NCBI GenBank assembly: GCA_030770535.1
Contig: JASVEC010000016.1
Span: 558,001-622,000, forward strand
DNA length: 64,000 nt
Direction: 5' to 3'
From: Batkoa obscura
Taxonomy: Eukaryota
Shown piece by piece: positions 51,043 to 63,695 of this stretch; position 1 is the stretch's first letter, and each line of letters opens with the position of its first letter. Below the pieces are notes generated by a model, which did no database searches, was not told where the DNA came from, and saw only the letters and a program-made list of their open reading frames with translations. Both the position numbers and the translations under genes were made by a program.

Positions 51043-51936
51043 ATGAGCACTTCAGCCTTTTTATTGTATGAGCACCGAAGTAAAATTGTAAACCATTTTT
51101 CTAATGGTGTATCTACTATTTTTTGTACCATTGCGTTATTACTTGCGCTCACATTAAGAGTAGTAAACAAAAAATTGAATAAATCCATCTCTTTTCGATT
51201 ATCTATCTTTATATTGATAGGCGACCTATTATTCAGCATATTTCAAATTATGGCAGTTCATTCTACATCAGATTTTATGTGTCATATAGCTACAGCAGGA
51301 TTTCTATTTGCTACCCTAATTTCATTATTGTATACAGTATCTGTTGCTTTAAATTTGGTATTAACCATCATTTTCAAAATTTATTGTGGTCAATATATGA
51401 AACTAGCTTTATATATAGTCCCTTTTTTGATATCGCTTATTGTAAGTATACTGCCATTAGCATTCAAGCAAATTTCATTTAGAACTGCCTCATGTTGGTT
51501 TAGAGAAGAAGAACCTGAAGGATTAAATTGGGCATACGCAACTAATTACATTTGGATAATGATTACAATTGTATTCTGTACTATGGTATTCCTTTCAGTC
51601 ACTTTTTATTTAATTATCCAAAGATCAATATTTCGATCTTCGTATCAAGGAATGGAAACAGATAAGCTTGAAATTAAAACACAAACAATTATAAAATTAT
51701 TAATGTATCCATTGACGCCAATTATATGTTATACTTTAATAATGGTTAAATTGATTTTAATATCAAGAGGGGTTGTATTAGAGCCCGAGGCAGACTATTC
51801 CTTAAATATTACAGCTACTTTTTTTAAAGGTTTTCAAGGTTTTTTTAATGCTTCAATTTTTTTATCTAATAGTCTATTATACAAAGAAGCTGAGTTAGCT
51901 TTTAAAAAATTAAAAAGGGGGCAGTTTAGTGTTTAG
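51043..51936 (+). CDS. Seven-transmembrane GPCR-like protein (cAMP-receptor-like/Git3-like architecture)
   Basis: Intronless, 297 aa, ~7 hydrophobic segments. SFRL...DLL in TM2, Cys before TM3, CWF in ECL2, L..YP...I.C in TM6, QGFFNA.IF in TM7. Confidence 0.8.
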   Translation: MSTSAFLLYEHRSKIVNHFSNGVSTIFCTIALLLALTLRVVNKKLNKSISFRLSIFILIGDLLFSIFQIMAVHSTSDFMCHIATAGFLFATLISLLYTVSVALNLVLTIIFKIYCGQYMKLALYIVPFLISLIVSILPLAFKQISFRTASCWFREEEPEGLNWAYATNYIWIMITIVFCTMVFLSVTFYLIIQRSIFRSSYQGMETDKLEIKTQTIIKLLMYPLTPIICYTLIMVKLILISRGVVLEPEADYSLNITATFFKGFQGFFNASIFLSNSLLYKEAELAFKKLKRGQFSV

Positions 51937-52124
51937 CCAAGTCTACCATTTAGCTTCCAGTCTTTTAAATTTATCTTTCTTTTGATAACTGTATACTCCA
52001 TTTAAAATAAAATATTCGATTGCAAATACGATGATTTTAACCTTTTTAATTTTCTGCTACTATAAAATTTAAAATGGTAGATAGTAAATATAAAGTTAAT
52101 AAAGCTAAAATACTTTTATTATCT

Positions 52125-52223
52125 GGGGATGTATTTTTGTGTCTAAGAATTTTACTAACAAATTTTCCGCTTAAATAGCGCTTAAAAAATGGAAAAAATA
52201 ATGAAGTCAAAAAAAACACTCCC
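52125..52223 (+). mobile_element. MITE family A, copy 17
   Basis: GGGGATGT...ACACTCCC termini, flanks ATCT/ATTT. Confidence 0.85.
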
Positions 52224-53086
52224 ATTTATAAATTTAAAACTGGAATTCTTAACTATAAAAACTGATTATCAATTCGCTGTTCCATCATTACTTATTTCAG
52301 CAGAGCACCAAGATGAATGAAGCTAAAAGTAGAATAATGATAGATGTTAACTTAAAACGTTTAGAATTTGATGTTCCAAGGTTTAGGAAAGAGAATAAAA
52401 ATCAAACAATTCCTTAGATATAATATAAAGCTTCTTGGCCTGATATAATAAATAAACTTATGTTTGGATAAATTATTTTCTTTATTATAAATATTATCTT
52501 GCTTAAAACATGATTTTATTAATAATTCTTCAAAATTCTTCAATATTAAAGCATAGGTCATTAAACTAAATATTCTGAATGCTCAATAGTAAAAAAAATC
52601 CAATGTAATGGAATTTATTGACAAGTTGTCAAGATAAGCGCTATAGCCAATGTAACTCTGATTTCACAAAAATTAAAAGGTGAACTCTTTTTTTCAACAT
52701 TTAGATAATGATATTTTAAATTTTACATTAGATAAAAATGAAAAAAATGAAAAAAATGAAAAAAGATATTCCCATATTGAATTTAAAATAATTTTTTAAT
52801 ATAAATAATCGCTGCTTTTCAAATAGAGCACTAAAATTAAAAGCCTTTTCCACAGCCTTAATAGTAGATTAAGAATATTTTAAACTTCATTTCACAGCAT
52901 TTCATTAAAATAAATTTTGATAACTTTTAGAAAAAATAGTTTACTCTACTATCTGCATTAAATTTATCAAAATCAACATCATAGTCAATATGACAATGAT
53001 GATTTGACAAAAAGGGTTTAACAAATCGCAGTTTACTCTCCTTTTTAGTAAAACTTGAAAGCTAATTAAAAAATTTGACTTTTTCA

Positions 53087-56000
53087 ATGATGAAACAAAG
53101 CTTTATGGAGCATTTTAAAAGCTGCATCGAAGGTCAAGATGGAAATAGTACTCTACAGGATTTATCTTCAACCCATAATTATAAGCCAAAGAGATTAATG
53201 ATTAAAAACTTTAAAGGTATTAATTGCTTGATGTTAATTAAAAGTAACATTCTAAATTTTCTTTGAAATTGCTTAGAGCTGCCTTCTTTACCCGCAGACT
53301 TCAAAGAAACTAACTGGAAAAAGCTTGAAACTTCAATCATTGATGCGTTTGATAATAGTGAACATAAATTGAGAGCGCAAGAGCTTTATAAAGTAAATAT
53401 CATAATGTGAAGCTAAGATTTAACTTAAATTTAGTGTTGCGAAGTTTTATGTCGTCAAGGGCACGCCAGTTATATTCATAAAAATTTAAAAAGTTTATTA
53501 GAACAGAGAGTTGATAGTAAATTTGAGTTTTTGAAAAGGTATTTACATGATTATAAAATCAAGAGATGTACTCATCATTTTTTAAAAGCCAGAATAATGA
53601 TAAGTTGGGACATGTTGTATTAGCTCAAACTATTTGGGAAGACTACATTAATAAAATGGTAAGACATAATAGTGCTTCAAAATTTGATTCTCATTTTTTT
53701 AAAATATAAAATAGCAAGAAATACGTTCTATTTTTATATTCTTAGACCAATATTATGCTTTACCTACTCCTGGGGTTCCTTCTGTTTGGTAGATATTGTA
53801 TATTTGAAGTAGAAAACTTATTAATTTTTAAGGGATATGGGGTTAAATATATTCAAGGATAGGATAGCAACCCAAGAAGATATTGCAAAGAACACCATTT
53901 TTATTATTTTGGATTTATTACAGAAAGAAAGGTAAGGTAAACTTGATAAAATATGAGCAAAAGACTTATTTTCTGTAGACAGGGAGAGGAAGTAGATGGT
54001 GCCTTAATTAAAAACTTGGTGAAAATGCTACATGATATTGGTAAATACGATCAAAAATTCGAACAAATGGTAGTCAACCAAGCAGAAGAATATTATAAAG
54101 CATTAAGTGAGAATGAGATCAAGCCTTTGAATTTGGAGAATAATTTGAATTTAGTTGAACGAAAACTGAGGAGAGAAACTGAAAGGGCTCGTAACTATTT
54201 ATCTAAAAATAGTTTGAATCCAGTATTAAATGTAATCCATAAATACATGATTGTGGATTCTACGAAGAAATATTTAGATGAGGATTTTAGTAGAGCTTTG
54301 CTTGATGGTAATCATCCAGTGTTAGCCATGTTGTTTCGAGTTTTTAAAGAAGCAAATGTATTGGATCAACTTAATAAAGCTTTTTTCGAGGTCGTGTTGG
54401 TAATTTACAATATTAAATTAAATAGGAATCCGTTTACTCAATATAAAATATATGTAGGAAGTGGGTACTAAAACTATATCCAATCCAGAAAAAGATAAAG
54501 AGATGATTGAAGACATTCTGCAATACCGTGAGAAGATGGTTGTTATTGTCAACCAAGATTTCCAAAACCCAATTGAGTTTCATCGCTCTTTAGTTAGAGC
54601 ATTCGAAGATTTCATGGCTACTCGTGGCTCAGCACCAGCTAAATTATTGGCTAAAGCATTAGATTCAGTATTAAAATCTGGAAATCTTAAACTCACGGAC
54701 GAGCAAGTGGACCAAAAGCTGGATAAGTTGTTTTCGTTATTTAAATTTATTCAAGGTAGATTTGATTTGATAATGTAAAGTAAGTAATACTGATTGTATA
54801 TTTTAGGTAAAGATATCTTTGAAGCGTTTTATAAGCAATCTTTAGCAAAGAGGTTGTTATTAAATCGCTCTGCTTCATATGATACTGAGAGGTTTATGAT
54901 TACTAAATTAAAAGGAGGTAAATAAGGAATATTTTATGTATATTTGATAATATGGCTAATATTTAATAACAATAGAAATTGGATCTGAATATACAGAAAA
55001 ATTGGATGGCATGTTTAAAGATATTGAAGTATCGGATGATATGACAAAACTGTATAAGGTAATTAATTTTATTGACGTTATTTTGAAATTCTCTTATATC
55101 ATTAGGAAAAATACCCAGATTTACCTTACGAATTTGATATCTCAATAAATGTACTTACACAGGCTAATTGGCCAACCTATTCTCCTTCTCCAGCCAAATT
55201 ACCACCAAAGGTAGTATTATTAGTAGATATAATGAAAATAAGTTAAAAATCTAAATTGACATAATAGATGGAGGCAGCTCTACAGCATTTTACAACGTAT
55301 TATAATGAGCAACATTCAGTACGTCGATTATTTTGGCAGCACTCACTATCTAAAGCGGTTTTGGTTGGGAATTTCATAAAGGTAAAGCTCTATTTTAGCT
55401 TTGAAAACAGGAAATTAAATAACTTTTTTGATAGGGTAGAAAAGAACTGACGGTGTCCTTATTTCAAGCACTTGTTCTTTTGTTGTTTAATCAAAAACAC
55501 TCTAAAGGATTTACTATGAAAGAGATTAGAGAGATGACTGAAATTGGTAATTTCAATTGAAAAAAATATTCATTTTACACTTAAAGCATTTATTAGAAAA
55601 CGATCAGCTTAAACTTATATTGGCCTCATTATCATCCAACAGAATACAGTTGCTTTTTAAATCACCAGACGTAAATGCACTGTTTAAATATTAATTTTGT
55701 TTTTAAATATTTAATATTTTCATCATAGAGACATGTATTTTCTGACCGTGATGTTTATACTTTTAATGAAGATTTTGAGTCACCAGCTCAGCGTATCAAA
55801 GTCAATGCTCTACAATTAAAAGATACTGTAAGATTATTTGTGTTAGTCGGAGATATTTATAACTAATTTTAACTTAGGTTCGTGGTGATAATCGAATCCA
55901 AGATATGGTGATCCACAATAGACAGTTTTTGGTAAGCCCTATATAATTTGGGAGTGTTTTTTTGACTTCATTACTTTTTCCATCTTTTAAGCGCTATTTA

Positions 56001-56293
56001 AGTGGAAAAATTGTTAGTGAAACTCTTGAATACAAAAATACATCCCCATTTAGTTTAATTTTTAGACATAGTATTTATAATCAATGTCATTTATTTAGAT
56101 TGATGCTATTATTGTTCGATTGATGAAAAGTAAAAAGAAAATGATGCATGTCGACTTAATGAGTGAAACACTTAAGGGTTTACAGTTTCCAGTGGAACCA
56201 GCAATGATTCGTTTAAGAATTGAAAATTTAATTGAAAGAGACTTTTTGGAAAGAGATCCAGATGCTATGGATATATTGATTTATCTTGCTTAA
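53087..56293 (+). CDS. CUL4: Cullin-4-like (about 16 short introns)
   Basis: [28 protein letters not shown] (Cul4-type N-terminus), [56 protein letters not shown], end IYLA* at 56293. Confidence 0.85.
55950..56047 (-). mobile_element. MITE family A, copy 18, inside the last CUL4 intron (55932-56098)
   Basis: GGGAGTGT...ACATCCCC termini, TSD ATTT/ATTT. Confidence 0.88.
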
Positions 56294-56533
56294 TTAAATT
56301 TATACTATATTATTATAAATACATAAATTATTACAGATTATTCTATCCACTATTTTAACATAATTTATTTATTACTTCATTCGACTTATCATGATGACAA
56401 TTCATGTTTTTAATATGCCATAAATGCTTCTCTTTAGCTAAATTTAATTGGCTCGTAGAAACACATCTATTCATTGAACTAAAAGTCTAATTCCTCTCCA
56501 ATCCAGCTTTTATTTTTAACCTCTATAGCTTAT

Positions 56534-58328
56534 ATGGATAGCATCAGGCGGAAACAACCCCTTGAATCGATCAACAAATCCCCTATCAAATCTAAAGAGG
56601 ATTTAAGTAATATCAAAACAAGTAAGAAACAGCCGTTCAAATATGCACTTGCTTTAGCCAAAGCTAGGGTACATGCACATGCTAAAAACTTACCATCCCC
56701 AAGTATTAAGATATTAATGGAAAATAAACATTATGTAGATTTTAGACCTGGGGCCACGGATGAGTCAGAGCTTATTTCTAGGAAAGAAAGGTAAATGGTA
56801 CTTGAAATTCTCGAGGATTAAATGTTAATTGAATTGAAAATAGGGTATTAAAGGAGAGGAAGAAAAGGGAAATTTTAATAAAAAGGTTAACAGAAAAAGT
56901 AGAAATAGGAGATAGAAAAAACCAAAATGAAGAGGGAGATAAAGAAGAGGAGATAATAAAGTTTAATGAATTGGCGATGGAAAATTATGATTTGTATAAA
57001 AATGATAAAAAAAAGGTAAGATTGACTTATCATGAATTTAGAAGTAGACATTAATTTGCCTTTTTAGAAGCTAAAGCATACAAGTAAATCACTAGTTATT
57101 GTATTTAATTGCACTTTATTTAAAATGCTATAATTATAGAAATAGCAGGTTCAGAAGATAAAAAAATATTTAAATGTTTAGGATGTGACAAAGAATATTT
57201 TAATAAAACAGTATTTAATGTACACAGAGATAATGAGTGTAAGATTAGGAATAAAGTGAGTTTTAAACTGAAAATAATTAAGTAAAACAAGTTTATTTTT
57301 TTAATAACTAGGAAACAATTCAAAAGATGATGCAAATAAGTGGGGTAAAAAAAGTGGGGAAGGATAATATTTCATGTTATTGTAGAGATAATAATGAGAT
57401 GGGTAACACCCCATTGGTCCAATGCGATTGGTGCTTATGTTGGCTACATTACTCTTGTCTATTGAGGAGTGGAGATATACCAGGATGGAATGAAAGTTTG
57501 CACCCAAATGTAAATTTAAATTATGAAGTGCCAGTAGAGCCGCCGCATCAACTGTATTGTAAAAGATGCGTCTATTTAGTAACTGAGTTTGAAAGGGACC
57601 AAAGGGATTATAAAGACGAGATTGTATTACAGGAGAACATCAATAGTAAGAGGACTGGAGATCAAAGAAAATTTAAAAAAATATTGCCAAAGAAAAAGAG
57701 CTCAGTATTGGAAAAGCAGCTTTTGCAAAGGGCAGCTTTGAACTTTCAAGCCTTAGGCCGGAAGGTTTTAGACGAAGAGAACTTAGAGCTTGGGAATAGT
57801 AATTCCGAGATGGATAATAGTGTTTTAGAGAACGGTGTTAAAAGCAAGTTTACGAAAATTGTACCAAGAAAAGATGTAAAGCAAATTAAGGCGTATAGTC
57901 CTAATCAAGAGCAAATTAAAGGAATTGAAAATGGCAAACTTATCGAGCACAAAATAAGAAAAAACTTATCATCCAATAATGCAAGCAAAAATCATAATAT
58001 TTCTAAACCTTATATCACTCAAATGAATCCCAAATGTCAACGCAATAGTGATACAAATATAAACAATAATAGTCAACTTATAAATGATCAGCCTATTGGA
58101 GTAAATGCTCAAGAAAGTATCAATGATAAATTAAGTGAATATTATACTAAAATTAATTCCAATAAATATTTAAATAAAATAATTAATAATCCAGAAGTTT
58201 TAAACAATGATACGGTCAAAAAAAAGGGAAGTTTGGATAATTTAAAAGATAATTTAGTTATAAATAATGTATCAAAACAAAAAGAAGTTGTAAAAGAAAG
58301 ACAGACTAGGTCAAATAAGAAGAAATAA
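56534..58328 (+). CDS. Nuclear zinc-finger protein with a C2HC-type finger and a PHD finger (multi-exon)
   Basis: Splice path via exons ~56843-57015, a 16-nt micro-exon ~57068-57083 and ~57140-57255 (FKCLGCDKEY...H...C) into ORF 57327, which has ISCYC...LVQCDWCLCWLHYSC...LYCKRC. Confidence 0.65.
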
Positions 58329-58508
58329 AATTGCTAGAATTAAATTAAATAACAGACTAACCAGCTATGAGTTAAACTGCATTTAAGTATTAATAAATGA
58401 GCCAAACTTTATAATAATATCATACAAATTATACAGCTCCATATGATAATTTTAAACTTTAATACAAGAAATTATTTTATTATAAAACGCAAAAAATACT
58501 TAATACTC

Positions 58509-60591
58509 TTAGGCACATAAATTGACTGGTGTTTCAGGGCTAGACCAAGTAGTGATCGTAATATAAGTGACATAAAACATCATGATAATACCAAACGCAG
58601 CCAACATCAAATCTTTAATTTTTTGAAACGGACCAGCAGAGATGGGCACTGGTGATGCAGCAATGCGAGCAGGATCTGCCTGAGAGATAGCTTGATAGTG
58701 GAAAAAGGCGGGATAAATAAAACAAAGAGGTACGCAGGCAAAAGCACCAATAAGAGATACAAAGTTGTCCAAAGAAGCGGATCCTAAGAAAGCTACCACA
58801 GCAAAGAAAATAGCTAAACCTGTACGGAAAAGATTTTTTTGCCATTTTACTAAAGGTGTGGTTTTACCCGAAGAGCGAGAGAATAAACCAGATTCTAGAA
58901 TACGTAGTGCTGGGAATAACTGTAAAGGTACTGAGAAGGTAATGGCTAAAGAGTATAATAATTGAACACCTTGCACCATGCGATTTTCTCTGGGCAAGTT
59001 TAATAAAACAACTGCATCAACTTTATCACCAAAGGTGGCGTAGCATAACATAGCTACAGAGGTAAATATAAATGCAGAGATAGCTACAGTCCAACTTAAG
59101 ACCATCGGGAACTTACGAGGTTCTTTACTGGATTCCGCAATCGGGAGTACCAAACCAATACCTTCGAAGGTAAAAATAGCAGTACCGATCATGAGTGCAA
59201 AGCTATCAGAGTTGAAATTTTGAATTGGGGCTATTCCTTCAGTCAAAATCTTATTGATATCAAAGTAATAAATGTAGCCAAGACCAGCTAATATAAAAAC
59301 ATCTGCAATAAGTGCAGCCATTGAGAAATATTTGATTTTACGTACCATAGCCATTGGGATATATACAATCAGTTGCCCAAAGATATAAGCTGACTCTGGT
59401 AAATCAATCTCACAATTAGATACTGTTGTAATTAATTGTTTTAAATTTTTTGCTACAAAGATAGTGTATGCACAGCAAAAGCCAAGCTAATTAAAAAATT
59501 AATTAAAATACTAATTAAATGAAAAAATCACTTACCTGTGATAAAATAATAGAAACCATGACAGCGTACCTAGCGTATCTTCCATATAATTTTTTTCCGA
59601 TATCACCAAATGACCCGCCAATTAAATGATGGCACTCGACCAACAACAACATGCAATACAATGCAAGATATGCAACCACAAGCAGCGTAATTGTTGAAAA
59701 CATCATTCCACCATTGTAAAATGAACGTGGCAAAAAGAGTACACCAGTACCAACAAATGATTTCATTAATAAAAAGAAACATTTTTGTGAAGAAGCTGTA
59801 CCAACGGTTGAAACTTTTATCTTACCATTTGGATTGAGTGGGGTGTTTTCGTTCACAGGTAAAGCTTGACGGGAAGTATTGAGTTGCTCTGTATCTCCAC
59901 AATAAGCTAATCCGGACTCAGCGCTAATAAAACCATCCTCCTCAGAATCGTCGTCCTCGTCACTCGGATAATCTTCACCAGCAAAGTGACCATAAAGAGC
60001 CAAGAAATCGATAAATGACCTGGTAAGAAAATTAGGAGGATCTCTACCCTCATCGATAGCTTTCTTTAGCACAAAATGTCTTCTGAAACCACCGGGTTTT
60101 AAGATATCACCTACCTGAAAGTCTTCATTTTCTTCATCTTCGTTGGTTGGGCTAAAGATATCATGGAAAGAAAGTGCGCGACGCATACGCGTGCTTGTTT
60201 CTTGCTTTTCAGTAAATTTGTAAATATCGCGCGTGATTGAACCTCCCTGTAACGTGTGAGAAGCAGAGTAAATTTCGCTCTCAGGCTCGTTATCTTGTAA
60301 ACTATGGATTGAGGCGACTTCTTCAGTAGATACTAGGTAGTTTTTGATTGCCTTAGCAGCTTGTTCCTCTGGCAAATGGTCTGGTAAAGTAGGATCGTCA
60401 GCTGCGATTTCACTTTGTTGAGAAATGCTTGAGGGCCTTTCTGAACGATTGGAAATGATTGACCTGTTGTTAAATGAGGAAGATAAACCTTCTAAATGTG
60501 GTGACAAGCCTAAGTTTCTCTCATCATCTGGTGATGTTGTGTCCCTTCGGTTTGCGGGAACAGCATTAGGTAATTTATTGGTATCTGACAT
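58509..60591 (-). CDS. Vacuolar amino-acid transporter, AVT3/AVT4-like (2 exons)
   Basis: Intron 59535-59487. GGSITRDIYK, PGGFRR, FLALYGHFAGED, LLMKSFVGTGVLFLP, FTFEGIGLVLPI, VKWQKNLFR. Confidence 0.92.
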
Positions 60592-61531
60592 TATAGAATT
60601 TAATTGAGCTTTTTATGTCTTTTTATGAATAAAAATTATTAACCTGTTTAGCCACAACTTAAGATTCTTAATTTTCTCCTTTGAATTTGCCCCACTTAAG
60701 GCTAAACCAATTAAAATTTAGCACTATTGATTTGATTCAATCTTATTTTCTTGATATTTTGTTCAATTTATTAATATTACTTCTATTTGAGAAAATTTGC
60801 GCAATATAATCCCAATTTATGCTAATTTTATTTAATACTGTATTATTATTTTCCGACAAGGGTCTTTGTATATGACATATTTGATACTTGTGTACATAGA
60901 TCACCACTGTCGATAGATATTATTAATGAAAGTTGAAGTTTTGTAACTTAATGATCTATATTTCAAGCTACTATAATATACCTTTTAATATCTAAGGACT
61001 TTCTGTTATATAAGAATAAATATTATATTTTTGATTTTAATAGCTATTTCATAATTTACATCACCAATGTAATAACTCCAATTCAACTCTATTAATTTAT
61101 TTCTTAATACATTATTAAATCATCTACAAGAATAGTAAACATAATTCATAAAAAAGTCAATTTATAGTTTGTATAGTTTTCATATAATAGGAAAGTCGAG
61201 TTAATTTGTTAGGATAAAAGCTCAAAATTATCTTTCATTTAATTTTCTAAGACTGTCATACCCTTTTTCACATGGTTTTAAAGATTATTGTATAAATTCA
61301 TTTAATAAGGTGAAACCGTAAATTAAACCGACTTAGCTTAAGATGATTAAAATTTTATCTATAACCAAAAGAATGTACTTTTTTTCAGCTTCACGATTTG
61401 TTATTTGTTTATCCAATCAACCGAAACGAAAATTACTGTTGTTTGGAGTAGAGATTTAGCGAATAAAATGAAGGAATCGGCTTATAGATGCATTGATTAA
61501 GATAATCTTGATCAAATATTCTTAATTTAAA

Positions 61532-62139
61532 ATGGCCTCCAAATTATTACAACAGAGCATCTTAAAAGCAGCTTATAAAAATAATGGTATTTTGTTAAAG
61601 GCCATGGCATGTAAGCCATCAAACAAGGTTCAAATCTATCAAGGAAGCCGTTACACTTCAACAAAGAGTAGTAATTCTTTATACAAAATTAATTAAATTT
61701 AACTAAACAAATTCTGTTTTTAGCTGACGAAGTTCCACTTCATGAAGGTAAGTTATAACTAATATTTTACATTATAACAAATACTCAAAAACTTTTAGTA
61801 AATCGTTGGGAAGGTTCATGGCATTGGATGATCGAGCGTAGTTTGTCATTCGCTTTAGTACCCATGTTAGGTGTCAGTGCCATCTATGGTGGCCACCCTA
61901 TCAACGACTTTTTATTGGGTTTCGTTGTACCTATTCATACTCATATCGGCTTTTCTACTGTAGTCACTGATTATTTACCTACCCGTCGTACACCGGTGCT
62001 CAATAAAGTTGTTACTGGAATTCAATATCTTTTAACTGCCGGAGTTATATATGGATGTTATTTAATCAACACAGAAGATGTTGGATTGACTGAATATTTT
62101 AAGAAGCTTTGGGTTGGCAAGAAAAAGATTGAAGAATAG
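61532..62139 (+). CDS. SDH4: Succinate dehydrogenase cytochrome b small subunit (CybS; SDH4/TIM18 family), 3 exons
   Basis: Mitochondrial presequence MASKLLQQSILKAA, 24-nt middle exon, EGSWHWMIERSLS, HTHIGF...TDYLP.RR, DVGLTE...LW. Confidence 0.88.
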
Positions 62140-62555
62140 GGCGCTTTGTTTTAAAAGTAAAAGATTTTATTTAGGTAGAAGTTGTCTTAAATGTTATTTT
62201 TAAATGAGTTTCGATTTATTTCATTTAATGTTATAGTTTAGTTGTAAAATTTAATATTATAACTTCAAGCTTAGACTTGTGTACTGGTATTTAAGTGAAA
62301 TGTGTTGATAATATATACTATTCATAATAAAAACAATGAAGTTTGTATAGTGAAGTTCTACTTTATCATATCTAACATTTTGCACTTTGTTTAATATAGT
62401 GAGATAATTGTAACTAAATACAGATTAAACCCCTATTAGCTTGATAATATAAATAAAATTTATAAAGTGCACATATATAAATATTATTGTTGAGAATAAA
62501 TAATCTTAAATCTAAAGCCAATAAAAGTTGAACAAATTCGATCTTTTTAATTAAA

Positions 62556-63695
62556 ATGTTTTATGATTTTTGTATTCCATTTAATGAAGATATTGATAAA
62601 ATTACTCAGCTATTAAAAAGAGCTCAATACTGTAATACTTTTTAAAAATAACGAAAATAAGTTAATTGTTATAAATAGTAGGATACAATGCAGTTGCCAT
62701 TGAACATACTGTTAAAGATAAACTAACTCAAAATCATGTAATTTATAACGTAATTTAGTTAAAATATATTAACTTGTAATTCCAAAGGTAAATCCAATAT
62801 TAGGCTTATTAAAAAAAATAAAAGGTAATTAAAAATACAGTTTAACATCAACATCAATTTAACTTGATTTTAGCCCAACAAACGAAATCTGATAAAGTTA
62901 CAGAGCTTGACTTTGTAGAAGAAGAAAAAGAACGACCAACAAAAAAGATCAAAAGCGATGATCAAAAGCCAATAGAAACTAGAAAAAATGAGCAAACAAT
63001 ACTATTTGGATTGCATATATATACCAGACTTACGATGATCATTGAACAAGCCAATGACGCAAAAGGAATTAATAACACACCTAATGCTATCAACCAGTAT
63101 GATATTATAGCTGCCCAAGTTGAAGGAGATGAGAGAGTATTGAATATGGTATTGAAAAACCTTGATATTGATTTAGTTAGTATAACTCTTAACTGTCGAT
63201 TACCCTATTTTATCAAATATTCCACCGTACAACCTGGGCTTGAAAGAGACATATTTTTTGAAGTAAAGTATGGGAATGCTATAAGAGGTAAATAGTTGGG
63301 TTGTTTATTAATAGTATGATAATGTAATTTATATGATTAGATATTGACTCTAGAAAATTTTTATTTTCTAATGCTAGTTTATTAGCTCGTGCTTTAAAAG
63401 CAAAAAATCTTATCTTTACCTCAGGGTGTGAAAGTCCAATTGAACTACGTGCACCTTTTGATGTCACAAATCTGTAAGTTTATTTTTATGTATATTATTT
63501 GTATTAATTCTATTCTACAGTGGTGAACTTATTGGACTCAATCGTAATATAGCTAAAAAAATGGTGTCAGATTTTGGAAGACAGTTTTTGGTCAGTGCAG
63601 GTAGTTTATTTTATAACTTAATGAATACAAGTTTTATTTTTTAAGATACTCGTAAGAATAGTGCTAAAGGAGTTGTAAGTCTGATTAAAGATTGA
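62556..63695 (+). CDS. RPP1: RNase P/MRP subunit p30 (multi-exon)
   Basis: MFYDFCIP..., LGYNAVAIEH, IYTRLTMI, YDIIA, DIDLVS, ERDIFFEVKY, NLIFTSG...ELRAPFDVTNL. The stop position is approximate. Confidence 0.85.

Noticed and set aside
52733..52777. (AAAAAATG)n followed by GATATTCCCATAT as a 19th MITE copy
   Set aside because: Resembles only the right end, is low-complexity, and lacks the diagnostic core.
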